A program made the position numbers and the translations under genes. Of a DNA stretch of 53,266 bases, positions 45,524-53,266 are shown one piece after another. Source of the DNA: a virus (lineage: Duplodnaviria; Caudoviricetes); IMG/VR virus record IMGVR_UViG_3300035183_000848, positions 1-53,266 of that record; one strand, written 5' to 3'. Numbering within the stretch: the first letter of the stretch is position 1; every line of letters begins with the position of its first letter. The notes beneath the pieces are model-generated. The model saw nothing but the letters and a program-made list of their open reading frames with translations, was not told where the DNA came from and ran no database searches.

Positions 45524-46516
45524 CTATGGGGTTTGGAGAACGTTCTTCAAGAGCACGCCGAGGTCTGCGCCTACGAGCTTCATGGCATATGCCATTTCGC
45601 CTTCGATGCGGTCTGCCTCTAGTTGCTCCATACGGAAGCTCTTGATGCGGTTGCCTTGTGCACCTGCACCAAACAAGCCCTGCCATGAGAAGATGTAACC
45701 ACCTGATGGCTGCATGATGCTTGGAGCTGGATTTGCGTAAACGAGAAGAGCAATGTTTTTGACCAAGAAGTCAAATGAACCAGTTTGGTTCTCTTGGGCA
45801 GAATTTAAAACAGCGTCTGCGACCAAGAATTTCTCGACGCCAAACAACATTGCCAACAGCTCTTCAGACACAATGCCCCGCTGGGTATACTTGATGCGGT
45901 CAAGCACTTGTGGGTTGTTTCTGAGGGCTGTGAAAACATCGTCTGCGACCACAAAAGTTTGTGGGCGGAAACCAGTTTGGGACTTGATCGAACGCTTCAA
46001 AACGTCAACGTCTGACATTGGGTCTGAGTTTGTTGCATCCCAGTAACCTTTGCCGTTTACGTTTGGTTGGAAGTCAACTGGACCACCGCCAGAGATAAAT
46101 CCCTGCCAAACGCCAAGCGCCATAAATTGGGTCGTGAAGGAGATCTCACGTCGCAACAACAATTGTTGGGTGACGAATAGAGTTGCATCACGGTCCATAT
46201 CCAATGGTTGGTCTGCGTTGGCTCTGGTTTGGTCATCAACGTCTTGGTGTACAGCAAACACATCGCAGAAATACGATGGTGTGTTGTCTACCTTGAATCC
46301 GCCGCCTGCTGATTCAGAGGCCGGAGCTCTCTTTTGAGCTTGGGTTCTGAACCAGAAATCTTTCGTATAAACGAAATATCTATCAGACTGCTTCATCACT
46401 GGGACGATCGGAAAAACCTTGTCCGCGATGAAGTCCTGAGCGCGTTGGATATAGGCGATTGATATATTTGTTAACGGTCTATTTACGTGGACTTCTGACC
46501 TTGTTGGTTGTGGCAT
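45524..46516 (-). CDS. Major capsid protein
   Basis: VHVNRPLTNISIAYIQ..FIADKVFPIVPV.KQSD.Y; position. Confidence 0.9.
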   Translation of the reverse strand: MPQPTRSEVHVNRPLTNISIAYIQRAQDFIADKVFPIVPVMKQSDRYFVYTKDFWFRTQAQKRAPASESAGGGFKVDNTPSYFCDVFAVHQDVDDQTRANADQPLDMDRDATLFVTQQLLLRREISFTTQFMALGVWQGFISGGGPVDFQPNVNGKGYWDATNSDPMSDVDVLKRSIKSQTGFRPQTFVVADDVFTALRNNPQVLDRIKYTQRGIVSEELLAMLFGVEKFLVADAVLNSAQENQTGSFDFLVKNIALLVYANPAPSIMQPSGGYIFSWQGLFGAGAQGNRIKSFRMEQLEADRIEGEMAYAMKLVGADLGVLLKNVLQTP

Positions 46517-46529
46517 CTTTTATTTCCCC

Positions 46530-46940
46530 TTATTGCTTACCGTTACGGATCAAGAAAACCGTGGTGATGTCACCGCTAGCTGCTTTTTCGAGAGCTTGAG
46601 CAACTGCAAAGTTGGTAGAAGTTGCCTTCACGAAAAGACCGCTTGAGTTAACCATCAACAGGTCACCGATGTTGAACGCCCCACCAGCTTGCGCCTTTGA
46701 AACGCCTTGCACGAGAACTTGACCTGCCTCGCCTTGCTGTGGGTTGTTTTGAAGAATGCCAATGATTGGCGAACTTGTTGCGCTCGGAGGGCAAAGTGCT
46801 GCTCCGCCAACTCCAGTTCCAACTGTGCTCACTGCGGTATAGACACAAACCCCAGTGTACTGAAAAGTTGCTTCGCTTGACATGTCGATGTCTGCAGGCA
46901 GAACACCGACGTAAAAATTTGGTATTTCGTAAGCCATCAT
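46530..46940 (-). CDS. Capsid decoration/cement protein (DUF2190-like)
   Basis: IGILQNNP..GE...V..GVSK..AG...GD..ALE.A..GD. Confidence 0.75.
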   Translation of the reverse strand: MMAYEIPNFYVGVLPADIDMSSEATFQYTGVCVYTAVSTVGTGVGGAALCPPSATSSPIIGILQNNPQQGEAGQVLVQGVSKAQAGGAFNIGDLLMVNSSGLFVKATSTNFAVAQALEKAASGDITTVFLIRNGKQ

Positions 46941-48094
46941 GCACCTCCCTTGCGGTTAACTTTGTAGTCTCTGTAGATTTTTTGACCTTCAGCAGACATT
47001 AATACTTCAGCGTAGATTTCTTCACGAGTTCTGGTCCCATCGGATTTTTGAACGATTGAGTTGACCAATTGCTCGATTTGAGCATCTGCGTCGCCAGCAG
47101 GGGTATTGCCCTTGGTGCCGATCTCGTTGAAGAGTCCACCGGATTTTGCCTGGGTGTTCAAAGCTTCAAATTGCTTGACCACTCGGGCATAAGCTTTTTC
47201 GCCAAGTTTAGAAGCATCGCGCAATGTTTCTACGATTTCTTCTCTCTCTAGGCCCAAGTGCTTAAACTCTGCAGCCTTTGCGATTAGCTCTTTTTCTTTA
47301 GCTTCTTCATCACGTTTGCGAACTTCCATATGAAGCTCGTCGTTTTTCCTTACCAGCTCGCGAACGCGTTCATCGTAGGACTTGAAAACGTCGGTGAGTT
47401 GGCGTCTTTGATTCTCGGGAAAAACCGAGAGATCCACGGACTTGTAGACCTTTGATTTGCTCACGCTATCCTCCTCGTTGGTTAAACCCTTGGCCACTCC
47501 GGATTTCTCAACTCCGTCGTCATCGTCGTCGTCCTCGTCCTCCATGTGGTGGGCTGACTTGACTGCCTCTTGATTGTCTGGGTATTTTCGGTAGCCCAAT
47601 TTTTCAAGGTGCTCTTTGTAAGCCTTTTCAAAACTTTTTTTAGCTTCCTCGAGAGCCTCTGCTTGGTGCTCTTCGGTTACTTTCTCTGGATATGCCTCTT
47701 CCTTCATGGCCTCTTCTTCTTTGTCGTGGCCTTCTTCGCCAGCTCCATGGTGGATTCCAGCTTCCTTCATTGCGTGTGCAACATGCTCATGCTTCAGCTC
47801 GTCCTTGTGGGGAGCCAAAATTCTAGCAGTGGCCTTCAATGCAGCTTGGGCACGATCGCTTAGAGGGCGATTGTAAGCAGCTCCATCCTCGTGAGCCATT
47901 GGCTCATTCATACCAGGGTCTTTATAGACGGCGCTGTCTTTCCGAGGAGCAAGACCACCGGCGTCTTTTTTTACTTTCTTGTTTGCCATTTCTTTTTTTC
48001 CCTTCAGTGACTTGAAGACCAGAAATTTTTTTTTGTTGGCCCCTCTTGGAACCAAGCTGACTTCATCTGTCTCGAGGTCGTAGAGTTTTTGCAT
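46937..48094 (-). CDS. Scaffolding protein
   Basis: N-terminal L.DL..DEVSLV.RGAN...F..KS, charged coiled coil, LF.EIG. Confidence 0.75.
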   Translation of the reverse strand: MQKLYDLETDEVSLVPRGANKKKFLVFKSLKGKKEMANKKVKKDAGGLAPRKDSAVYKDPGMNEPMAHEDGAAYNRPLSDRAQAALKATARILAPHKDELKHEHVAHAMKEAGIHHGAGEEGHDKEEEAMKEEAYPEKVTEEHQAEALEEAKKSFEKAYKEHLEKLGYRKYPDNQEAVKSAHHMEDEDDDDDDGVEKSGVAKGLTNEEDSVSKSKVYKSVDLSVFPENQRRQLTDVFKSYDERVRELVRKNDELHMEVRKRDEEAKEKELIAKAAEFKHLGLEREEIVETLRDASKLGEKAYARVVKQFEALNTQAKSGGLFNEIGTKGNTPAGDADAQIEQLVNSIVQKSDGTRTREEIYAEVLMSAEGQKIYRDYKVNRKGGA

Positions 48095-48136
48095 TATCGA
48101 AATGTTCCTCTATATTCAAAGAAAGAGTTTAGGAGA

Positions 48137-49960
48137 TCATCTTTCTTCACGCAAGCCCTTTCCTCCAACACTAAATCCAGTGTACTCCCCATTCAACACT
48201 TTTTGCCACTCTTTTGGATCAGGAACTTTGACTCCGAGTATCCAAGAGCCCTTTTTCACCATTTGCGGTCCATTCTGGCCAACAAACTCGATGTCGGCTG
48301 GACAGATGTAGCTCTCAACGGGGTAGGCTTGGATCTGTTTTTCATGCCCAGAGCCAATCACCCTCGACCTTGCCAAGTAGTCATGGGCGGTTTTTTCAAT
48401 GTCCTCTGGTTCCATATAGTCATCTTGTGAATCAACTTCATTTGGGGCGAGCACCACACCATAGACAATTTGCTTTTGTGAGTCTGCCTTAAGGATTGGC
48501 ATCACTTTGCCTATTTTTTGGGACTTTTCGACTGATTGGTGGATTGGAGATTTTTGGTGGATCCTGTTCTGGTTCATGAGGTTGTTCATGTGTCCCTGGT
48601 GTTCAATGAGTGCCTGCTTTAAATTTGCTAGGGCTTTTTCTTTGTTTTCCCTTGGGGCGTTTATGTGCTCTTGCCTTGCGCGCTCTATGTTCAGTGAAGA
48701 TTGGTGAGCTTGGGACATCGCCCTTTGGAGCTGTAGGCTATTATGCTGACCTTTTTTGCCTCCGCCTTCTGGGTGCCTCCCAGAGCCTGGTCCTCCTTTA
48801 TTGATCTGCTTATTCAAAAGCGCCCCTTGACTAGGGTATCCCATCAGTCTATTTCCCCTTCCGCTCGAGGTGGAGTCAGACCAATAATACCCTTGGGCAT
48901 CGATATTCAAGAGCGCATCGGCTGGGAGCATGTCGTATTGGGCAATTCCTATTCTCGGCTCAGCATCGTTTGAAGTAGCTGGGTCAGGAGTGGCAATTCG
49001 GGTGAACTTTTGCCGCAACAATGGGCTGCCTTCGACCTTTTCAACACCATCGCTGTTATCTTCATGGTCGAAGAGAACAAGGCCAGGGTAATCTTGTGCC
49101 CATTCAGGGTAATTGTGGATTTCTTCTGGTCCTTCATAGACAAATTGACCTCCCGGCATTAAGACGCGATGAACTTCTGACAAGAGTGCCTTGACATCAG
49201 GCGCACTCTCATGCCCTAAAACGTTCACATACCTTGCCTTACTGACAGAGCCATCAGGCAGAGGAAGCCCAAGGTCCAAGTCATGGACCGCTGTACCATA
49301 GTCGTAAGGATATAGATCGAAGCCAATATGGCCAGACTCCCTGCAATTTCCTGAGCCCAAGTCAATCCAAAGTCCTTTTTCAAGTGCTTCATCGTTGTAG
49401 CCCTCCCCACTAAATGAGCTTTCTTCTCCTTCTTGGGTATCTTTGTCGACTTGGTCAGAAGTGGATTCTTGAGCAAGTCTTTTTTTGCGGTAGTAGAGCG
49501 GGTCTTGCTCCAAGTTGTCCCAAGCAAGCTCCCTTGCGGTGAGCGGGTCAACGTTCTCTGACTCCGTCTCCCAGTCTATCCCTGAGATTAGCTCTTGTGC
49601 GTCTTGGAGGTCTGAGATGGAGTTTGGCTCATCTTCTTCATCTGATTTCAAGGCGCCGCCTTCTAGGTTGTTGATTCCTGGGTACATATCCGGGTCAGCA
49701 TCTACGTCTTGTGAATCGAGGCTTTTTTCGGCATCTTCTTCGCTGGCCTCTTCATCCAAAAATAAGTCCATTCCCCGAGCCAGCTCCTCTAGGGATCGCT
49801 TTATTTCAGAGATGTTTTTTAGGCTGTGTTTTTCCTTCTTTAGTTTCTCTTCCTCACCTGCCACTGGAACGTGGACTTGCGAGCTAGTGGGTTGGGATTT
49901 GCCAACGCCTTCTTTTTTTTTCATTGGTTCTTTTGCCATATCAATCCTCCGATTCTTCAA
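48137..49960 (-). CDS. XkdF-like prohead serine protease fused to DUF5661-like and class I SAM methyltransferase-like domains
   Basis: C-terminal IVYGVVLAPNEVDSQDD..H..VESY..KKGSW..GEYTGFSVGG; central IDLGSG...LPLPDGSV...LSEVHRVLMPGG; ARELAWDNLEQDPLYY. Confidence 0.8.
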   Translation of the reverse strand: MKNRRIDMAKEPMKKKEGVGKSQPTSSQVHVPVAGEEEKLKKEKHSLKNISEIKRSLEELARGMDLFLDEEASEEDAEKSLDSQDVDADPDMYPGINNLEGGALKSDEEDEPNSISDLQDAQELISGIDWETESENVDPLTARELAWDNLEQDPLYYRKKRLAQESTSDQVDKDTQEGEESSFSGEGYNDEALEKGLWIDLGSGNCRESGHIGFDLYPYDYGTAVHDLDLGLPLPDGSVSKARYVNVLGHESAPDVKALLSEVHRVLMPGGQFVYEGPEEIHNYPEWAQDYPGLVLFDHEDNSDGVEKVEGSPLLRQKFTRIATPDPATSNDAEPRIGIAQYDMLPADALLNIDAQGYYWSDSTSSGRGNRLMGYPSQGALLNKQINKGGPGSGRHPEGGGKKGQHNSLQLQRAMSQAHQSSLNIERARQEHINAPRENKEKALANLKQALIEHQGHMNNLMNQNRIHQKSPIHQSVEKSQKIGKVMPILKADSQKQIVYGVVLAPNEVDSQDDYMEPEDIEKTAHDYLARSRVIGSGHEKQIQAYPVESYICPADIEFVGQNGPQMVKKGSWILGVKVPDPKEWQKVLNGEYTGFSVGGKGLREER

Positions 49961-50903
49961 ACTCTGCTGTCTCTATGTCGCCATACTCAATCGTCATCAT
50001 GCAAGCACAATGGGGATGGATCTCAGTTGGAACCTCGACTACATCTCCATCAGGAGTTACCCAAGATTCTGCGAGACCAACGGCCTCGCCGTCCATCTCT
50101 TGGCAGTCTTCACAGGGATTGCCGTCCACGACCCAGACCTTTGTTGCCCCAAGGGGTATGATCCCATTTTCTTGCCCTTGTTGCCAGACCTCCAATTGCC
50201 CACGGTTGAGCATGAAGTTTGTCTCTGTCCTTGCAATCATGTTCGCACGGTATGTCAAAAGCTTGTCGTAGTAATTTTCAGAGAGCTCATCGATCCTCTC
50301 TGGTGCCATGTCAGTTTGCTTTAGGCTCAAGACATAGTTGGTGTGGGCCCTCGCAAGTCTAGGGTAGAGCCCAATGTAGTTCTTGATTTCTCCAACCAAG
50401 TCCCTTGGGTTGAGTCCCTGGGTAAACTGGGTGTAAACGATGTCTTGGATGGACTCTCTGCCGCCCTTCACCAGTGGATCAACCATCCACTCGCCCGTTC
50501 TCTTTCTCCAAATCCTCTCAATCCCTGGGTTCTTGTAGTCAAAGCGGTACCTGGATTTGATTGGAGGAGGTAACGCCTGCATTGCAATGTCTGCAGAGGC
50601 CATCATTGCCTCAAACGTTTTTTCGGAAGCTGGAGCTATCTCTCCTGGGAACTTCTCCCATTCAATTTCCCTGTCGATCGCGGAGTAGTTGCCCTTCATC
50701 CAAGCTTCATAGATTTTTTCTGGGTCTGGGATTTTTGACCTGAATGTCTTTATGCCTTTCACCAAATCTATCGTGACAGCCTTTTCCATGCGCCTGGAAA
50801 GCGCCTCAAGCCTCTTTGGGCTTCGAGTTCGGCTCCAGTTTGGCCTCTTCTTGGTCTTTGCTGCCTTTGCGACAAGGCTCCAGGGCTTGTGGGTTACAAA
50901 CAT
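49941..50903 (-). CDS. MuF-like minor head protein
   Basis: RANMIARTET, KVW, CEDC, HPHCAC. Confidence 0.85.
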   Translation of the reverse strand: MFVTHKPWSLVAKAAKTKKRPNWSRTRSPKRLEALSRRMEKAVTIDLVKGIKTFRSKIPDPEKIYEAWMKGNYSAIDREIEWEKFPGEIAPASEKTFEAMMASADIAMQALPPPIKSRYRFDYKNPGIERIWRKRTGEWMVDPLVKGGRESIQDIVYTQFTQGLNPRDLVGEIKNYIGLYPRLARAHTNYVLSLKQTDMAPERIDELSENYYDKLLTYRANMIARTETNFMLNRGQLEVWQQGQENGIIPLGATKVWVVDGNPCEDCQEMDGEAVGLAESWVTPDGDVVEVPTEIHPHCACMMTIEYGDIETAEFEESED

Positions 50904-51052
50904 ACTCCCTCTTTTAGCTGGGACTCCAAATCTTTTATCTCCCCTTTAGTTCCAACTGAATCCTTGTAGACATGGCTGCAGCTCATGCAGATGCGGTGCT
51001 CTGGAGACAACGCGGCGCTGGGATATCCGCATTGAGGGCACTCGCTCACCAT
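50894..51052 (-). CDS. Zinc-ribbon microprotein (52 aa)
   Basis: MVSECPQCG...ICMSC; overlaps portal stop and MuF start. Confidence 0.5.
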   Translation of the reverse strand: MVSECPQCGYPSAALSPEHRICMSCSHVYKDSVGTKGEIKDLESQLKEGVCL

Positions 51053-52578
51053 TTGTCCCACCTTGTGAACTGCTCTGGGGTTTGGAGTTTTTTAAAGTTT
51101 TTTTCTGATGTCCTTTCGGTATTGCCATCGACGTTTGTGGTGACCGTTTCAACTGGGGGCTGGCCATTTACTGGACTTGTGTCAGCTGGCTTGCCTAAAC
51201 CAGTAGGCGTTTGAATTGGCAGCCCTGGGATCTCCTTTATATCCTCGTACTTGTCAGGCTGTTTGAGGTCCACCATTTGATCAACGTCCTTCATGGGGTT
51301 TACGGGTTCTGGCAAATGTCCAACCTTGCGTAGGTATTTTTCAAGTTCCTCATCTGGGAAGAGTGGCATCCCTGATTGGGCAAGCCCCGTTATGTACTTG
51401 ACGAGCTTCTCTAGGTCTACGCTTTCGATGTCGCCATGGACTAGCTTTGGATAATCGGTGATTTCAAAGTCATTGAGCTTGAACAACCTTGGTATTGCAA
51501 AGCGATTGAACACCTCTGCAATGATGTTGAGGAATGCCCCAAGTGAAGATGCAAAGAGCTCCCGACGATCAGACACTAGTGAAAACGAACCCACGTTTTG
51601 GTGCCCAATCAACAAGAAGTCGGCCAGGCAAGTCATTGCAATCCTTTGGTCATAGCGGTTGATGACCTTGTCAACGTCCATTTGCCTGGATCCACCGGTT
51701 GACAACAATTTAAATTCATATAAAGGCTTTCCATTTATGTCGTACTGCATCGGCAAGACCAATCCCTCTTGCTCGTCGCGCCTGACGTTTACAACCATGT
51801 TTTTTATGGCAGCAAGCAAAGATTTTTCTGCATCGCTGGCGTTCACTGAGAGCAACTCGGCAGGAACGTAGGCACATGGCAATCCCGCCAAATCGCGCTC
51901 AATCCCTATGGCCTCGATGTTCTCTATGTTCTTCTTCATGTACCAAGCTCTGTAAGCACCTCGAAGTATAGATTCCCCTTCTGGATTGTTTTTGTGCACC
52001 GTAGTTCTGAAGAGAAGCATTTTTTCTGTAGGAATTGTAACGTGGTAATAATGCGGAGGTGCAAGTTGTTCGACACCTTGGATACCTCCATGGTCATCGA
52101 ATTGCCAGCGATAGATGGTATCTTGAGAACGAATCGGGATACCCCTCCATCCGATTCTACCATCAGAATATTTAGAACGCATCGTCGGGTCAAACCCATC
52201 ACCACACCTCCTCTTGTAAACTATTTCATGAACTGAATAACCGTAGGTGAGCATCGAGAGGATCTCGGCTATTGTCTCAATCCAAGGTACATCCATGTCG
52301 TTCATGCAGCTTTCCAAAAACTCTGCTGCTTCTTTGTCTGCTGGATGGCTTGATGCTGGGTGTGCGTTCCATGGAACTTTCCGGATTATCTTGTCAATGG
52401 CGTAGAGAATGCCCTTTACAGTGGCGTCGTTGGTTGACATCTCCTTGTAGACTTGGGCGCCCTTCCACCCAGTGAGCTCTTGGAGAAATTCCTCATATAT
52501 AAAACCGCTAAATCTTCGTAAACCACTAGCACCAACTTGTCTGTAATCTATGACGAGCTGTTTTTCATTGTTAGCCAT
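51046..52578 (-). CDS. Portal protein (DUF935/Mu gp29-like)
   Basis: YGYSVHEIVYK, NNPEGESILRGAYRAWY, GIERDLAGLP, FAIPRLF.LN. Confidence 0.9.
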   Translation of the reverse strand: MANNEKQLVIDYRQVGASGLRRFSGFIYEEFLQELTGWKGAQVYKEMSTNDATVKGILYAIDKIIRKVPWNAHPASSHPADKEAAEFLESCMNDMDVPWIETIAEILSMLTYGYSVHEIVYKRRCGDGFDPTMRSKYSDGRIGWRGIPIRSQDTIYRWQFDDHGGIQGVEQLAPPHYYHVTIPTEKMLLFRTTVHKNNPEGESILRGAYRAWYMKKNIENIEAIGIERDLAGLPCAYVPAELLSVNASDAEKSLLAAIKNMVVNVRRDEQEGLVLPMQYDINGKPLYEFKLLSTGGSRQMDVDKVINRYDQRIAMTCLADFLLIGHQNVGSFSLVSDRRELFASSLGAFLNIIAEVFNRFAIPRLFKLNDFEITDYPKLVHGDIESVDLEKLVKYITGLAQSGMPLFPDEELEKYLRKVGHLPEPVNPMKDVDQMVDLKQPDKYEDIKEIPGLPIQTPTGLGKPADTSPVNGQPPVETVTTNVDGNTERTSEKNFKKLQTPEQFTRWDKW

Positions 52579-53159
52579 TATGGCATCCTCCAGATATGCA
52601 TATACGATTCTACCTCAGGCTTGATGCCCATTCTATTAAAGAAGTCTTTGATCAAGACGTGTTTCCCTTCATTGTTGTCAACGCAATCATCGACAGCTAT
52701 CAAACAACCTTTTTTTAGGTTTGGCCAAGCGCAAGCAAGCAACCCGATGTGCTGCATCCAGGCATTGGAGGAATGAGGCCCTGTAAAATCCATCCCATCG
52801 AGGAATAGTAGGTCAAGGTTTTCAGAGCAGGAATAATGATTTGAGAGTATTGCGTCCATCCCATCAGCCAGGTAGACGCCAACGTTTGGGCAAAGCGACC
52901 TCGCGAGCGATACGCTTTTTTCAGAGATGTCAAAGGAATAGCATCTACCATCTGACTTGTGGACCATCCAGTCCCAAACCCTGGTTGACTGACCGTCAGA
53001 TTCCCACCCATCCTTGGTTCGGATGCAGCCAACCTCTAGGAGCTTGGGGCTTTCGACCTTTGACAATTCGCGGGCAAGATACTGAAAACCCTCCCACCTC
53101 CTGGTATTGAATAACCTTGTAGAAAACTCATTGCACCAATCTTTGTAGCTAAATAACAT
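52578..53159 (-). CDS. Class I SAM-dependent methyltransferase (small-molecule/glycan type)
   Basis: LLEVGCIR..DGQST..YSFDI..DLLFLDGMD..LIAVDD. Confidence 0.75.
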   Translation of the reverse strand: MLFSYKDWCNEFSTRLFNTRRWEGFQYLARELSKVESPKLLEVGCIRTKDGWESDGQSTRVWDWMVHKSDGRCYSFDISEKSVSLARSLCPNVGVYLADGMDAILSNHYSCSENLDLLFLDGMDFTGPHSSNAWMQHIGLLACAWPNLKKGCLIAVDDCVDNNEGKHVLIKDFFNRMGIKPEVESYMHIWRMP

Positions 53160-53266
53160 TTAGACCTCTTTTTGTTACTAAACACTTACCATGATAACGG
53201 CTATCTCAGCCATTTGCTTGGGCCCGTTATCGACATTGCATCAGCATTGAATTGAATTGAAGGCCT
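53140..53266. repeat. Terminal direct repeat, copy 2
   Basis: Identical to 1-127. Confidence 0.95.

Noticed and set aside
53140-53266. 127-bp terminal repeat as biological DTR or att site
   Set aside because: Length matches an assembler k-mer and it cuts through genes; best read as circular overlap

Overview
This window looks like the complete, circularly permuted genome (~53.14 kb) of a contractile-tailed dsDNA phage. Bases 1-127 repeat 53140-53266, which is typical of an assembler overlap. The host is probably Gram-negative; Bdellovibrionota-like is only a guess. Nearly all genes are on the minus strand. They cover packaging (TerS/TerL), head (portal, MuF, XkdF-type protease fused to a methyltransferase-like domain, scaffold, MCP), neck, a DUF3383-type sheath/tube/baseplate tail with a G/GT -1 frameshift, putative lysis genes, RecE/RecT-like recombination and a replication initiator with iterons. 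There are also four glycosyltransferase-like genes, an AT-rich island with an HNH gene and an atypical tRNA-Asn, and a short plus-strand block (CsgG-like lipoprotein, RHH, RecU). I saw no integrase, CRISPR array or reverse transcriptase. The most striking signal is five Ser/Thr-rich fibre-like proteins with N-terminal Sec-type signal peptides and even numbers of mature cysteines. Two of them duplicate domains of the signal-less tail fibre with extra Cys, which suggests a phage-encoded exported, disulfide-bonded fibre system. Other notable items are a ~224-nt tRNA-like ncRNA with its own terminator, an orphan MbcA/ParS-type antitoxin domain, and small indels plus an in-frame amber confined to accessory genes (decay, recoding or assembly error). 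All family assignments come from motif recognition by eye; no searches were run.
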